DNA of 64,000 nucleotides, from positions 51,212,001 to 51,276,000 of the forward strand of contig NC_043006.1 of NCBI RefSeq assembly GCF_006345805.1, read 5' to 3'. This DNA comes from Octopus sinensis (Eukaryota). The notes below the pieces were generated by a model that was not told the origin of the DNA, ran no database searches, and worked only from the letters and a program-made list of their open reading frames with translations. The position numbers were made by a program, and so were the translations under genes. Positions 39,082 through 50,748 of the stretch are shown piece after piece; position 1 is the first letter of the stretch; each line of letters opens with the position of its first letter.

Positions 39082-42055
39082 ATTGAGAACCACTGCGTTG
39101 GAGTGATTTGAACTTTTTAGCTATTTCGAGCTACCACGTAAAGCTCTCATTGGCTCTTACAACCAAACCTCGAAGGCTTGAATGCCCACCAACCGTATCG
39201 GATTCAACAATATTTAAACAACCCAAGGCGGCGAGTTGGCGGGCGAAATGCTTAGCAGTATTTCGTCTGTCTTTACGTTGTGAGTTCAATTTCCGCCGAA
39301 GTCGACTTTGCCTTTCATTCTTTCGGGGTTGAGAAATTAAGTACCAGTTGCGTACTGGGGTCGATCTAATCGACTGGCACCCTCCCCAAAATTTCGAGCC
39401 TTATACCCAGAGTAGAAAAGAATATTCAAACAACCCCTTCTGCAAAAATATGTTAAAATTTAAAATAAGGAAAGATTGCCAAATATTAAATAAAATTTAT
39501 TGATAAATAAGTAAAAAAAACGTCTTGCATTCGTCAATTATCCCTGTTGTGATATAAAATATATATGAACCAACTTTTAACAGATAAAAGATGAAGAGAT
39601 CCGTTGCCAGAAGTCGAATCAGTTATCGATCGCTATCCTACAGAGAGTTGGAAATTTCTAATTTTGCTTAGTTATTACGGAAGGACTTGGTGCTTTTTTA
39701 TTGTATTCTATGATCCGTCGTAACGTCTTCTATTTAGATTATAAAGAGAGAGAAAGAGAAAGAAAGAGAGATTCTCCAAAATTCGCTAGGTACTATATAT
39801 TTCTAAAATTACGAAAGGCTACATCGACATTGGTAGTATCTGAAAAGTAGAGACGCAATACATTGCAATGCGTTCTATCGGATGTCCAAACAATGTCATT
39901 GACTGCCTTGCATTCAGACAATTGTTCATACATACATACATACATACGAGAATTTTGCGAAAGAGATGCGAGCTGAAAGAAAAAGACAAAGCTCTGTTTT
40001 AATAGAGTGAAGGGAAATTGGAGGTGAAACGTGATAAAACAATTGTAATGGGTAAATGATAAAGATAAAATGCATTTATAATACTGAAGTGTATGCGTCG
40101 GTATACGAGAGATTTTGAGAGAGAGCATAAGAGAGGAAATTATATAAAGGGAGAGGAAGAGAAGAAATAATCATGTAAGTGAACACGAACAATGAAGAAG
40201 CATAAGTGATGACAAGGTATTTCTTATAAACAAATTTATTCCAGGCCATACAGAGCAAACAGAGATTATCATGGGAATTGAATATTCCATGCAGGGAAAT
40301 AGTGTTGCAAAACAACACAGTACAAGAAACAGAAGCAATTGATTAAGAATTACTGAATGGCAACGAAATAGACCTCGTCATTTTCGACGGGTACTACGCT
40401 TGTATTTAATAAATTTGGTATTTATATTTCGTGTCAAGTTAGAGCAGTGGAGTAGCAGAATCTGTGAGTTTAGTTTCCTCTCTTTATATTTTGTGTTCAA
40501 AAGACATCGGTAGCCGTTAAAATAGTTACCAGTTGTGTACTAGGATCGATATTGCCAATTTCTCCTGTACATATATCAATGTCATTGAGAAAGACTACGT
40601 TGTAGCTTCATCTGCTAAAATTAACATCCACAAATCTCTCAAATTACACTCTACTGTCTTGAAAAGAGAAGGCTAAGATGGTTATGACAGGCCTTCTTAG
40701 AGCATGGCTGATCTGTGTCAGAATAGCAACATGTGACCGGACTCAGTTAAACTAATAATCAACATAAAGACGTACTTAGGGTATCGAGAGCAGAGGCGAA
40801 AATTGCTTTTGCAATTTTATTCTGGTGCGAACGGTAAAATATTGTTTTAATGAATGAAACTGTTGGAAGTTTGCATCCCTCATCCCACCCAATGCTTGGT
40901 AAATGAATTGCTTTGAACACAATTATGAAATTGGCTATATTTGATACAGTTGTAAGGTTTGGCTTGGTGGACGGTCGACCAAACAGAAACGTAAATTTTT
41001 TTATAATTTCATCCAAAGCACTTAGATCTTTTGTTTCAGTTAACAATGGAGGTGTCGAGACGTAGAGGACATACATATACGCTATTGTTTGATTGTGCTT
41101 AGACCTAGCAATTGGTCTTAAACCGGTTCTGTATGTGGCGCTAAATAAAGTTAGTGTGTGTAGTAAATAAAAACTCTACAATAACAGATCAGCAAAGCTG
41201 TAAATGTTTTCTTGTTCAACACTCCGTTATATTATTAATAATGTATTAACAACATGTTAACATGAAGACTGAACGACTAGTGCTCTCTCTCTCTCTCTGT
41301 AGGATAGCGATCGATAATCGATTCGACTTCTGGCAACGGATCTCTTCATCTTTTATCTGTTATGAGTTGGTTCATACATATTTTATATCACAACAGGCAT
41401 AATTGACGAATGCAAGACGTTTTTTACTTATTTATCAATAAATTTTATTTAATATTTGGCAATCTCTCATTTTAAATTTTAACATATTTTTGCAGAAGGA
41501 GGGGTTGTTTGAATATTCTTTTCAACTCTAGGCATAAGGCTCGAAATTTTGGGGGAGGAGGACAGTCGATCAGATCGACCCCAGTACGCAACTGGTAATT
41601 AATTTCTCGACCCCGAAAGGATGAAAGGCAAAGTCGACCTCGGCGGAATTTGAACTCACAACGTAAAAACAGACGAAATACTTATTTCTTTACTACACAC
41701 AAGGTGCTAAACACAGAGAGGACAAACAAGGACAGACAAACGGATTAAATCGACCCAGTGCGTAACTGGTACTTATTTAATCGACCCCGAAAGGATGAAA
41801 GGCAAAGTCGACCTCGGCGGAAGTTGAACTCAGAACGAAATACTGCTAAGCATTTCGCCCGCCAACTCGCCGCCTTGGGTTATTTGAATATTGTTGAATC
41901 TTATACGGTTTGTGGGCATTCAAGCGTTCGAGTAACAGGTTTGTTTGTCTATTTAACCTATCAAGACTCTATAAGAGCCAATGAGAGAGCTTTACGTAAT
42001 AGCCCGAAATAGCAGCTAAAAAAGTTCAAATCAGTCCAATGCAGTGGTTCTCAAT
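39082..42055. repeat. Long inverted duplication: arms 39082..39647 and 41293..42055, spacer ~1.65 kb
   Basis: Colinear reverse-complement match across unique sequence and a SINE; arm 2 has extra insertions. Confidence 0.92.
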
Positions 42056-43503
42056 CTTTTAGGCTTCAAATTTGGAGGGTGAAAAAGTAGACGTTTAGTA
42101 TATTGTATTAAATTATAATGGCGTACAATGACGCTCAAGTCTTATTTTAAATTATATATTTGGCATACCTATGTCTCTCTCTGTCACGCACTAGCACATC
42201 TTTTGAAAGACACTCCTCAAACGTTTAAGAAAAAAAAAAAAAAAAAGAATACTTTTAATTCAAGTTTGCCGACCAGAGGAAAAGCTACTGACACATTTTA
42301 TGGAACCTAGGGTTATAAAAAGTTATGTTGACTAATTATGAATGTGTGGGGGTGGGACACGATACAAAGATAAATGTATGTCCATGAATGTCTATGCAGT
42401 GACATGAGCTGCCAGAGCTAAGTTAAATAATCACCCCTTAAAATCACAACTACTGTCTTCATCACCACTATTATTTGTTTTTCTTTTGTTACAAATTATT
42501 TAATTTTGATTTGTAGATTTCACAGACCCCTTGTCCATTCGAACACGCTAGTGGTTGAAGCACAAAACTGCCACATATATAAACCAGTGAGTGAGTCTTT
42601 GCTTGGTTAAGCTACTAGAAATAAAGAAAAGAAAGGAAACCCAAACCATACCAGATAGTCTTGAAATATAAAAGGAAGAACACATTGAAATAATGGAGTT
42701 CTAGACAAACAAATTGATGAGATGGTTATGTCCTGAACCAGCAACCACAACAATAATCACAAAAAAATAAATAAAATAAAACTTAAGCGCCGAGAAAGAA
42801 CTAAAGCTGTGTGTCAATTTTTTAAAGAACAATTTTCATAATATTTATGACCTAGCTGAATAATAAATTCGACCTCGAAACGGAAATAGCGGACACTCGT
42901 TAAATAACAATAACGGTTTTAAATTTTAGCAAAAGGCTAGAAGATTTTATGGGGGGATAATCGATTATATCGACCCCCCGCGCTTGACTGGTACTTATGT
43001 TGAGGGCAGAACAAAGGCGAATTAGAAAATGAAACAGAAAAGAGAGGGAGTATTTACATCGAGTAAATAGGAGAAATCAACAAAATCTTAATAAATAATT
43101 ATAGTACAAAATAAGAAAAAGGGATTCCCGAAATGTTGAAGTGGTGGGACCTTGTAGGGTGATCACGCACATCAACGGATTGTTCTGGCATACCAAAAGC
43201 AAGTACTTTCTCCCAGGGGTTTTTTTCTTTTTTTTTGCTGCATAGTTAAGAGTAATTAAATCCCTTTTGCCATGTCAATTTTGCCATTCTCTCAGAAATT
43301 TCATAAAATTTACTGGAGGACAGCATATCGCTCTCTATCACATTCATCTTCAAATAATACTTAAATAAACTGGCGAAGGTTTTTACCAACTGCGTTTACT
43401 ACGCAAATTCTTTCGCCAGAACTTACCACCTGACAGAGGAAAGAAAACTTTCCGTTCTTTAGATAATGCGTCACAGATGAAAGTTAAAAGAAATTAATCT
43501 TAC

Positions 43504-43506
43504 CAT
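43504..43506 (-). CDS. TUBA: Alpha-tubulin B, distal alternative first coding exon 1b (ATG only)
   Basis: GCCACT-ATG|GTAAGATTAATTT (13 intronic nt identical to exon 1a); leader homologous to 1a; no tubulin exon 2 found between 1b and 1a. Confidence 0.7.
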
Positions 43507-43624
43507 AGTGGCTTTTGATTTCGTTCAAGATATTCGAAAAACAAAGATGAAATCGAGAAGATAGTGATTGTTGTTAGAGTAGGTATCGCCGAAGTTGTAG
43601 TAGCAGTAGTCGTACAGCAATATT

Positions 43625-43704
43625 CGCTCACACGGACTTGATGTATCCTTTATGAGGTCGAAGATTTGTTTTGAGTGTCTGAATCGGTGTCAGTGGTTTA
43701 TATA
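43625..43704 (-). promoter_or_regulatory. Core promoter and 5'UTR hairpin of exon 1b
   Basis: TATATAAA on - at 43704-43697; predicted TSS near 43676; hairpin motif 43657-43625. Confidence 0.7.
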
Positions 43705-43856
43705 CGTATGCGTATCTGCATATGTATATGTGTGCGTGTATGCGCTTACATATGTGTGTGCATAGTAAGTAGTTCGACGACTATATATATATATTTAATT
43801 GTTCGCTACATTCCACTGTCATAGTCCTCCCTCCCTTCTCCTTTCATTTGCATCTG

Positions 43857-43917
43857 CCACCACTCATTATACTACTACTACTACTACCTTCACCATCACC
43901 ACCTACACCACCACCAT

Positions 43918-43966
<49 letters not shown>

Positions 43967-44050
43967 CCTACTACTACCCACAACCACCACCACTCATTAT
44001 ACTACTACTACTACTACTCCTACTACTACCCACAACTACCACCACTCATT

Positions 44051-44085
<35 letters not shown>

Positions 44086-44165
44086 CATAACCACCAATAC
44101 TACTACTACCACCACCACCACCACCACCAATACTATTATTACTACTACTACTACTATTGCTGCTG
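43857..44165. repeat. Compound (TAC)n/(CAC)n trinucleotide tract with three CACCACTCATTATACTAC units
   Basis: Read directly from sequence. Confidence 0.95.
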
Positions 44166-44790
44166 CTGCATGTAGTCTTTTTCTTCTGCGTCGTTTTCGC
44201 TGCGGCTTTACTTTTATTTATGTACCTAACCATTTACGCTAATTTCAATTTTTCGACTAGTGATCATGCATGTATGCACACACGCACACGCATTCATACA
44301 CACATACACATACGCGCGTGCACTTATATATCTACGCAAACACATGACTACAATGGAAATACATAATAAACACACTTGTGAGCGCGCGCAACACATACAC
44401 GCACTCACTCAGACACATGACCGCATATGGAAACAAATGCTCATTTAGATAAAACACACTTGCTCGCGCGCTCACGTAAACATGTGTGAATGTGTTCTTT
44501 TGTTATTGCTACATTATTTTTGGTGCATCAGATCCACTGTGCTTCTTTCGAATTTTGTGTTTGTTGATCTTTATGTTTTAGATGCATTCATCTACTTCCC
44601 TCTTCTTTAATTTCGTTATTTTCATATCCCAGCGAGATTAATGATAGTCACCCTCGTAATATTGAAGGGACATGGTCAATTACTAACAATAACATGGGTC
44701 TTCTCAAGGAATCTATCTGGTGACGAATGAACATAAATAATTAACGTGCCAATACCGAAAGTCTACTACGCAGGCATATGCGTATATGAT

Positions 44791-44825
<35 letters not shown>

Positions 44826-45034
44826 TTAATTTATTATATAGAAGGAGCTTCTACAGGACTAGAACTGTTTCATTCAAGAGAAATCTTCAGGAAGCCAGGC
44901 TTCCTGAAGATTTCTCTTGAATGAAACAGTTCTAGTCCTGTGGAAGCTCCTTCTATATAATAAATTAATTTTACTCTGCTATGTATTGAGTACCTTATTT
45001 ACTGTGGTTAACCCCGAATCAACCCGGGACCTAC
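44826..45034. mobile_element. Penelope-like pLTR relic in (TA)n with an inverted terminal segment (143-bp palindrome 44826..44968)
   Basis: 71-bp arms, 1-nt loop, 1 mismatch; the right arm continues ~65 bp beyond the palindrome; (TA)n on both sides; contains hammerhead cores. The Penelope assignment is inferred. Confidence 0.6.
44846..44896 (-). ncRNA. Type I hammerhead ribozyme motif (GUA cleavage triplet)
   Basis: GGCUUC-CUGAAGA-U[UUC UCUU GAA]U-GAA-ACAG[UUCUAGUC]CUGU-A-GAAGCU: stems I and III pair and the core is intact; the 10.1-11.1 pair is a non-canonical U.U. Confidence 0.6.
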
Positions 45035-45049
45035 ATATATATATATATA

Positions 45050-46219
45050 TCTTTATATATATAAAACTGAGAATGTGTGTCTGTCTGTCTGTCTGTGTGT
45101 TTCCCTGAAACTTGAGAACTACACAACCATTTTCATTCAAATTTTACACATGCCTTACTTGGGGTCCGGGGAATGTCATCGGCAAAAAACTTTTTGCCTA
45201 GGGCGAGCCCACAGCAATATCATATCTTCTCCACTACGATTCCCTAAAACTTGAGAACTACACAACCAATTCCATTCAAATTTTACACATGCCTTACTTA
45301 GGGTCCATGTAGTTTCATGGGCAAAAAAAAGTGTTCAACTTCTTGCCTAGAGCGAGCCCATAGCAATATCATATCTTCTCCACTATTTCAGTATTACGTG
45401 TTAAAAGTGAAACAAAAACGTTTCTCTATTTTATGTCAGATACTTTCACTTTAACTATAAAAATTATAATAACAATTGAATTATATGTAGTAAGTAATAA
45501 TTAAAATCAAACTAAAGTAACATGGCAAAAGTAAAAATAGCAATTGGTATAAAATTGCATCAATGATTTAAACTTGAATAAGTGGTTTCACATGAATGGG
45601 GATAAATTAAAAATAAAATTAGCGTGCAGAAATGGAATAGTCCAGATGGATAATAAACAATTAAATTAAAGAAAAGACTATTGTCTATAAAGTATATACA
45701 ATGTAGAGAAAAAAGATTTGAACACCTGGAGGAAAGCACCTTCGAAAAGTGTCTTGGTGCGACTATGAAAGGTATCTAATCAGAGGCGGTAAATTCGCCA
45801 CAATAGAAGCCAGGTTCGAGTCAACGGAGCGTGCAAGGGAGTACTCGACTCGAACTTGCAAAGTGGAAATATTTTATTTTTACCTTTATATCTGGGACGT
45901 AGGACATCCCGGAAAAAATTTTAAATGCCCCCACCCCACCCCAGAAGTAGAGGTAGGCTGGATTGTAGCCACACTTCTATACAAGAGGGAGGACAAGATA
46001 CAATTGATCGAAATTACAAGAGACGGGCTAACAATTCCAGTCTGTTATATATTTCGAGTATTGTTATCACTAGCGATATCAACATATAACTTTGTATTTT
46101 GTATTTTATGTGTAGATGTATATATATAGATGTACATGTAATATGTACACATATATATATATACACGTATATACATGCACTAGCACTATGACCCGGCAAC
46201 GACGGGTCTTTAATGCTAG
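45050..46219 (+). mobile_element. Non-autonomous Helitron (1170 bp)
   Basis: 5' TC preceded by A; (GTCT)n near the 5' end; internal ~135-bp tandem duplication; 3' hairpin GACCCG-GCAACGA-CGGGTC (46190-46208) then CTAG (46216-46219) followed by T. Confidence 0.88.
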
Positions 46220-46372
46220 TATTCCTTTCTGTTGAAGAGCGTAGGCTCGAAACGTTAAAGACTTTCTCACATTCCTGAGCGTCAAACTGATACACCTACT
46301 TGTTGTTTATGCACCTGTCTTCATCTTTTGTTTTTCTGTAAATTTCAACTATATATAAACAGCCATTTCCAC
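46220..46372 (+). repeat. Dispersed Penelope-like relic (second copy inverted at ~61450-61640)
   Basis: Shared CTTTCTGT.GAAGAGCGTAGGCTCGAAA.GTTAAAGACTTT... ending at TA-rich sequence; class assignment inferred. Confidence 0.55.
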
Positions 46373-46639
46373 TGTAAAGTACAGTGCTCTACCTTTCAGC
46401 TTCCTCGGAGCTTCTAAAGTTTTATATGCTCCGAAGAAGCTTAGTTATAAGCTAACGAAGTTCATTATATAATTCTTGTTTCCTTCTCATTTATTATAAC
46501 ACTTTCTACTAGCCTAATTCTTTATACTGAAGCACATGTGTATTGAATTCTAACGCCAGGTTATTTGTGTCGTTATGCCAAAGTGAAATCTTAATGTGTG
46601 TGTGTGTGTGTGTGAGTGTGTGTGTGTGTGTGTGTGTTT

Positions 46640-47050
46640 CTCCACACACATGTATGTATCATCCAATTCAGCCTTACATCACTCGTGAATACGGCTCCGA
46701 GATGCTTAAACTGCTCCACTTCAATGATGGAAGGCATGAGAATACTTTCTAGATAGGACCAATGTCTCAGTCTTCGTAACACTTATTCTAATCCCTACCT
46801 TGCAGCACTCAGCAGCGAACCCATTCTGTGCATGCTGGAGGCCAAGTAGCACCATGACGTCTGCAAATATTGGCCAACCGATCTTAAACTCACCGATTGT
46901 GATAGCACTTCCACGACCGTTGAGTTTGTCGGTCCAGTTCATAAAAATTATAAATAAAGAGAGGTAACAATATGCATCCCTGTCGAAGTCCAACATGCAC
47001 GTCGAAAGGTTTCAATTTAACAACCTCTACCTGAACACAAATATTCGTAT
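46640..47050 (-). mobile_element. RTE-clade (Rex3/Expander-like) LINE, RT segment, inverted
   Basis: ORFs 46721..46996 and 46591..46782: LFIIFMNW..IFADVMVLL..FAAEC..ISVTKTETLVLSRK and EVEQFKHLGAVFTSD. Confidence 0.85.
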
Positions 47051-47329
47051 AGGAACTTCACAGCAACCGCAAATTACCTATTCATCTCAAACTCCAGCAA
47101 AATCTTCCACAACATCACTACGTAGCTAGGGAGGGGTGGTCCGCCCCGGGCAGCACTTTTAAAAGGTCACCACTTTTGGGTCTGCTGTAGGTAATATGTT
47201 TTTTGTGGGATCCGGGGGCGGCAAACGGAAGGGCCGCCCCAGTTGGCAAACAATCTAGTTACGCTAGTGCACAGCATGTTCTGCGGTATGCGGTCATATT
47301 CCTTTTAAAGAATTGCTAATACTGATACA

Positions 47330-47800
47330 GTAATGCGCTAGCGTCAACATTCGATCAATAGAAGAGAAATTAGTATAAAAAGCTGAACTTGCTATCTTCG
47401 ATTTCGTGCCTATCCTCGGCTATCCTTCGTGAAAGTTGAGTAACGACCTAAAGTGTACGATCGCGAATACAAGCGACCGAAATGGGGATCCTCCGAAATA
47501 TCATTGAAGTAATGTTACTCAAGTTCAGGAACCCTCTCCCGGTCGAGCTGCTACTTCTCCACATTGGGAGGTCACAGCTTCGGCAGTACGGTCATGTGAT
47601 TAGAATCCTGTGGAAAGGATCGCAATACGGATTTTTGAAGGCGAGCCAACCAGAAGGAGACCTCGAACGAGATGGCCCAATAATATCCATCGCCTTAATT
47701 GGTCACGCTTGGGAGTCCAGCAGGATAATGTAATGACGGTTGTTTCCGATCGTACTTTATTGTGTAGGTGCTTGAGGACACTATTTTCACGACCCTCCTA
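47330..47800 (+). mobile_element. RTE-clade (Rex3/Expander-like) LINE, C-terminal segment
   Basis: FVPIL..RSRIQATEMGILR..RSQLR.YGHVIR..RRRPRTRW..RLNWSRLG. Confidence 0.85.
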
Positions 47801-48956
47801 CAAATAGTGGGCAGAGAAAATACACATGGAAACGTGCTTAAGAAGTGACCAATTGGCTTCGAGTTCAGTCCCACCGCTCTGCACTTTGAGGAAGTGTCTT
47901 CTCCAATCGTCCTGGGCTCCTGGGCCAACCAATGCCTTGTGAGTGAATTTGACAGATGGAAACCGTGTGGAAGTCCGTCGTAAATAAGTATGTACGAATA
48001 TGAATGCGGGGTGGGGGAGTGCGCGTGCCTCAGTGATTATGTTTGCCTCGCACCGTTTGACTAGTGACGTTAATGTATTTGCGTCTGTAAATTAACGGTT
48101 CGGCAAGTAGTGTCCGATAGAATGAATGTCAGACTTAAAATAAGTACTGGGCTCGATTTGATCGACTAAGCACTTCAAAAAGTTCGTTTCCTTCCAAAAT
48201 ATTACTGCATTATGCACCAAGACTTGCTACATGAGGAAAATTTAAAACTGCAGCATATTATCGGTTGTCAAATGTGTGTATAAAATTAGAGCAAAAACAT
48301 TACATAGCTAAGAATTCAGAAAATATTGTAAAGTGTCATATACGAAATATGGCGATCAGGTTTTTCTAAGTTCAGATTCAGCGTGAATTTTGGAAACTGA
48401 AACTGTTCATTATATAAAAGAAAGGCGGCGCTCGGACAAGATCGTTAGAGCGAAGGAAAAATGCTTTGCAAAATTTGTTTCGACTCTTTACATACTAGGT
48501 TCACTTCCATAAAGTAAAGTACCAATCAAGTACTGGGATCAATAATATCGACATGCTTCCCTCACCGAAAACATTGTTGGTCCTGTGCATAAATTAGAAA
48601 CCATTAATTTCTAGAAGAGAAAAATAATCTGCCCGAAAAGTTGGTCCCTTTATGTAATAACAAATGGCTATTTGATTCAGTATCTTTATTTGATACGAAA
48701 TAAACAAATATTATTTTTACAATGAAGTTATTCTTCATCTCGAAAACGCATAAGTTTAATTCAGCCGAAGAAAGCTACATTTTATTTATTGTGAAGGTAG
48801 CTCGCGGATGAGCGATAACAAGAATGTAGGCGTCGACCTTTGGGAGACCTCCGAATAGTACGAGCGAAAGTCTACATAAAAATATAGTACTAGGAAGTCT
48901 ACATACCCCCCCCCCCAAGAACAGTCAAAAAGTGTACAAAATAACTAACAGTAGTA

Positions 48957-49173
48957 TTGGGTTGGTGTATAATTATTGCGGCTTTTTTTCAACAAATTTT
49001 ATCCAACAAAAACATCTTTAATGACGGTCTGACCGTCTGCCAAGCAAATGGGAAGCAGTAATTGAAGTAGACGGGGAATATGCTCCAGAATAATCATTTA
49101 AAGATGTTTTTGTTACATGTTGTTGAATAAAATTTGTTGAAAAAAAAGCTGCAATAAATATGCACCAAACCAA
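48957..49173. mobile_element. 217-bp mariner-derived MITE
   Basis: TA on both sides; ~65-80 bp imperfect inverted termini (TTGGGTTGGTG.ATAATTATTGC.GC); centre encodes the transposase end RLPSKWEAVIEVDGEYAPE*. Confidence 0.85.
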
Positions 49174-49366
49174 TATATATAGATCTATAGACAAACTTTT
49201 CCGAGGAGAAGCGGAGACAGAAGCCAAGCATTTTTGTTTGAAAATTTTTCAAATTGTCCGCTAAACCTAAAGATTGCACAACAAATTGATTAAACTAACC
49301 AAGCTAAATAAGGACCAAATAAGAGCTCAAAGATTTCCTTTCCTTCCTAAAGCTGAATATTTTTAT

Positions 49367-49699
49367 CTTTTACTTGTTTCAGTCATTAGACTGTGGCCAT
49401 GCTGGAGCACCACCTTGAAGAATTTTTAGTCGAATGAATCTACCTCTTTTACGCTTGGTACTTATTCTATCCGTTTCCTATTGCCGAACCGCTAAGTTAC
49501 TGGGACGTAAATACATCAATACCAGTCGTCAAGACAAACACACACACACGGCATGCTTCTTTTAGTTTTCCTCAACCAAATCCACTCACAACGCTTTGGT
49601 CAGTCTGAGACAGGAGACACTTATCCAAGGTACTACGCAGTGGGACTGAACCAGGAACCACGTGGATGGGAAGCAAACTTCTTACCACACAGCCACACC
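49367..49699 (-). mobile_element. SINE family D copy
   Basis: Reverse complement of the family D head and tail. Confidence 0.75.
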
Positions 49700-49935
49700 T
49701 GATATCTTCGCGTCAGAACTGCATTTGTGTATGTCCGTTTAATTCAGATCGGAGCCAAATGATTTAGGCAATCGTGTCCCATAATATTCAATGGATAACT
49801 TTTCAATCTTCTGTGGCAAGAGAGATGATTGGGCGCAACTGGTTGGACGCTAACGATTTGACATACGGCTGACTGAACATTCAGCCTGTCTTAGCGCTGG
49901 AGACTAGTACACGCAGAAATATACAAAATATATAG

Positions 49936-49937
49936 AT

Positions 49938-50013
<76 letters not shown>

Positions 50014-50250
50014 TGCAACAGAGAGGGAAAGAGAGAGATTAATTTAATTATTGAACACAATTGTCAAAAACACTTTACCTCCTTTCTTACACAAGGAGAA
50101 ATATGCTTACACACATAAACAGAGAAAGAGAGAGACAGAAAGACAGAAAGACAGAGAGACAGGAAGACAGAGAGACAGAAAGACAGAGAGACAGAAAGAC
50201 AGAGAGACAGAAAGACAGAGAGACAGAAAGACAGAGAGAGAAAGAGAGAG
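49936..50250. repeat. (AG)n and (AGAGAGACAGAAAGAC)n simple repeats
   Basis: Read directly from sequence. Confidence 0.95.
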
Positions 50251-50513
50251 CTAAAACAAGAGAAATATTAATATGTCTGGTGTCAAAGAAGTCAACATCG
50301 GTAGAGCCAAAACAGCTAGTGAAAACGTCTCAGAAGAACAGGTTCAGAAGAGTATTCAGAATAACAGCATATGGTGGAAATCACGAATAAAATTTGAACT
50401 GTGGTTATAACGAATTATCGAATGTCAGAAAGCGAGCGCTTTCATTCACTGTTTGACTAAAATTATTCGACAAAAGTCTATGTCCGATAAATCGAGCCTT
50501 ATCCAAAAGTCTG

Positions 50514-50748
50514 TGGAGGCGCGTCGGCTTAGTGGTTAGGGTGTCAACATCATGATCGTAAGATTGTGGTTTCGATTCCTGGACCGGGCGACGCGTTGTG
50601 TTCTTGAGCAAAACATTTCATTTCACGTTGCTCCAGTCCACTCAGCTGGCAAAAATGTGTAACGCTGTGATGGACTAGCGTCCCGTCCAGCTGGGGAACA
50701 CATACGCCATTGAAAATGTGAAACCGGGCCCATGAGCCTGGCTAAACT
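50514..50748 (+). mobile_element. tRNA-derived SINE family B
   Basis: GGCTTAGTGGTTAGG A box, GGTTTCGATTCC B box; closely similar to 57548-57772. Confidence 0.85.

Noticed and set aside
46228-46262. TTGAAGAG..CTCGAAACGTT as a minimal/dimeric hammerhead (also ~61545-61575 on -)
   Set aside because: C3 is missing in both copies and stem I does not pair convincingly.
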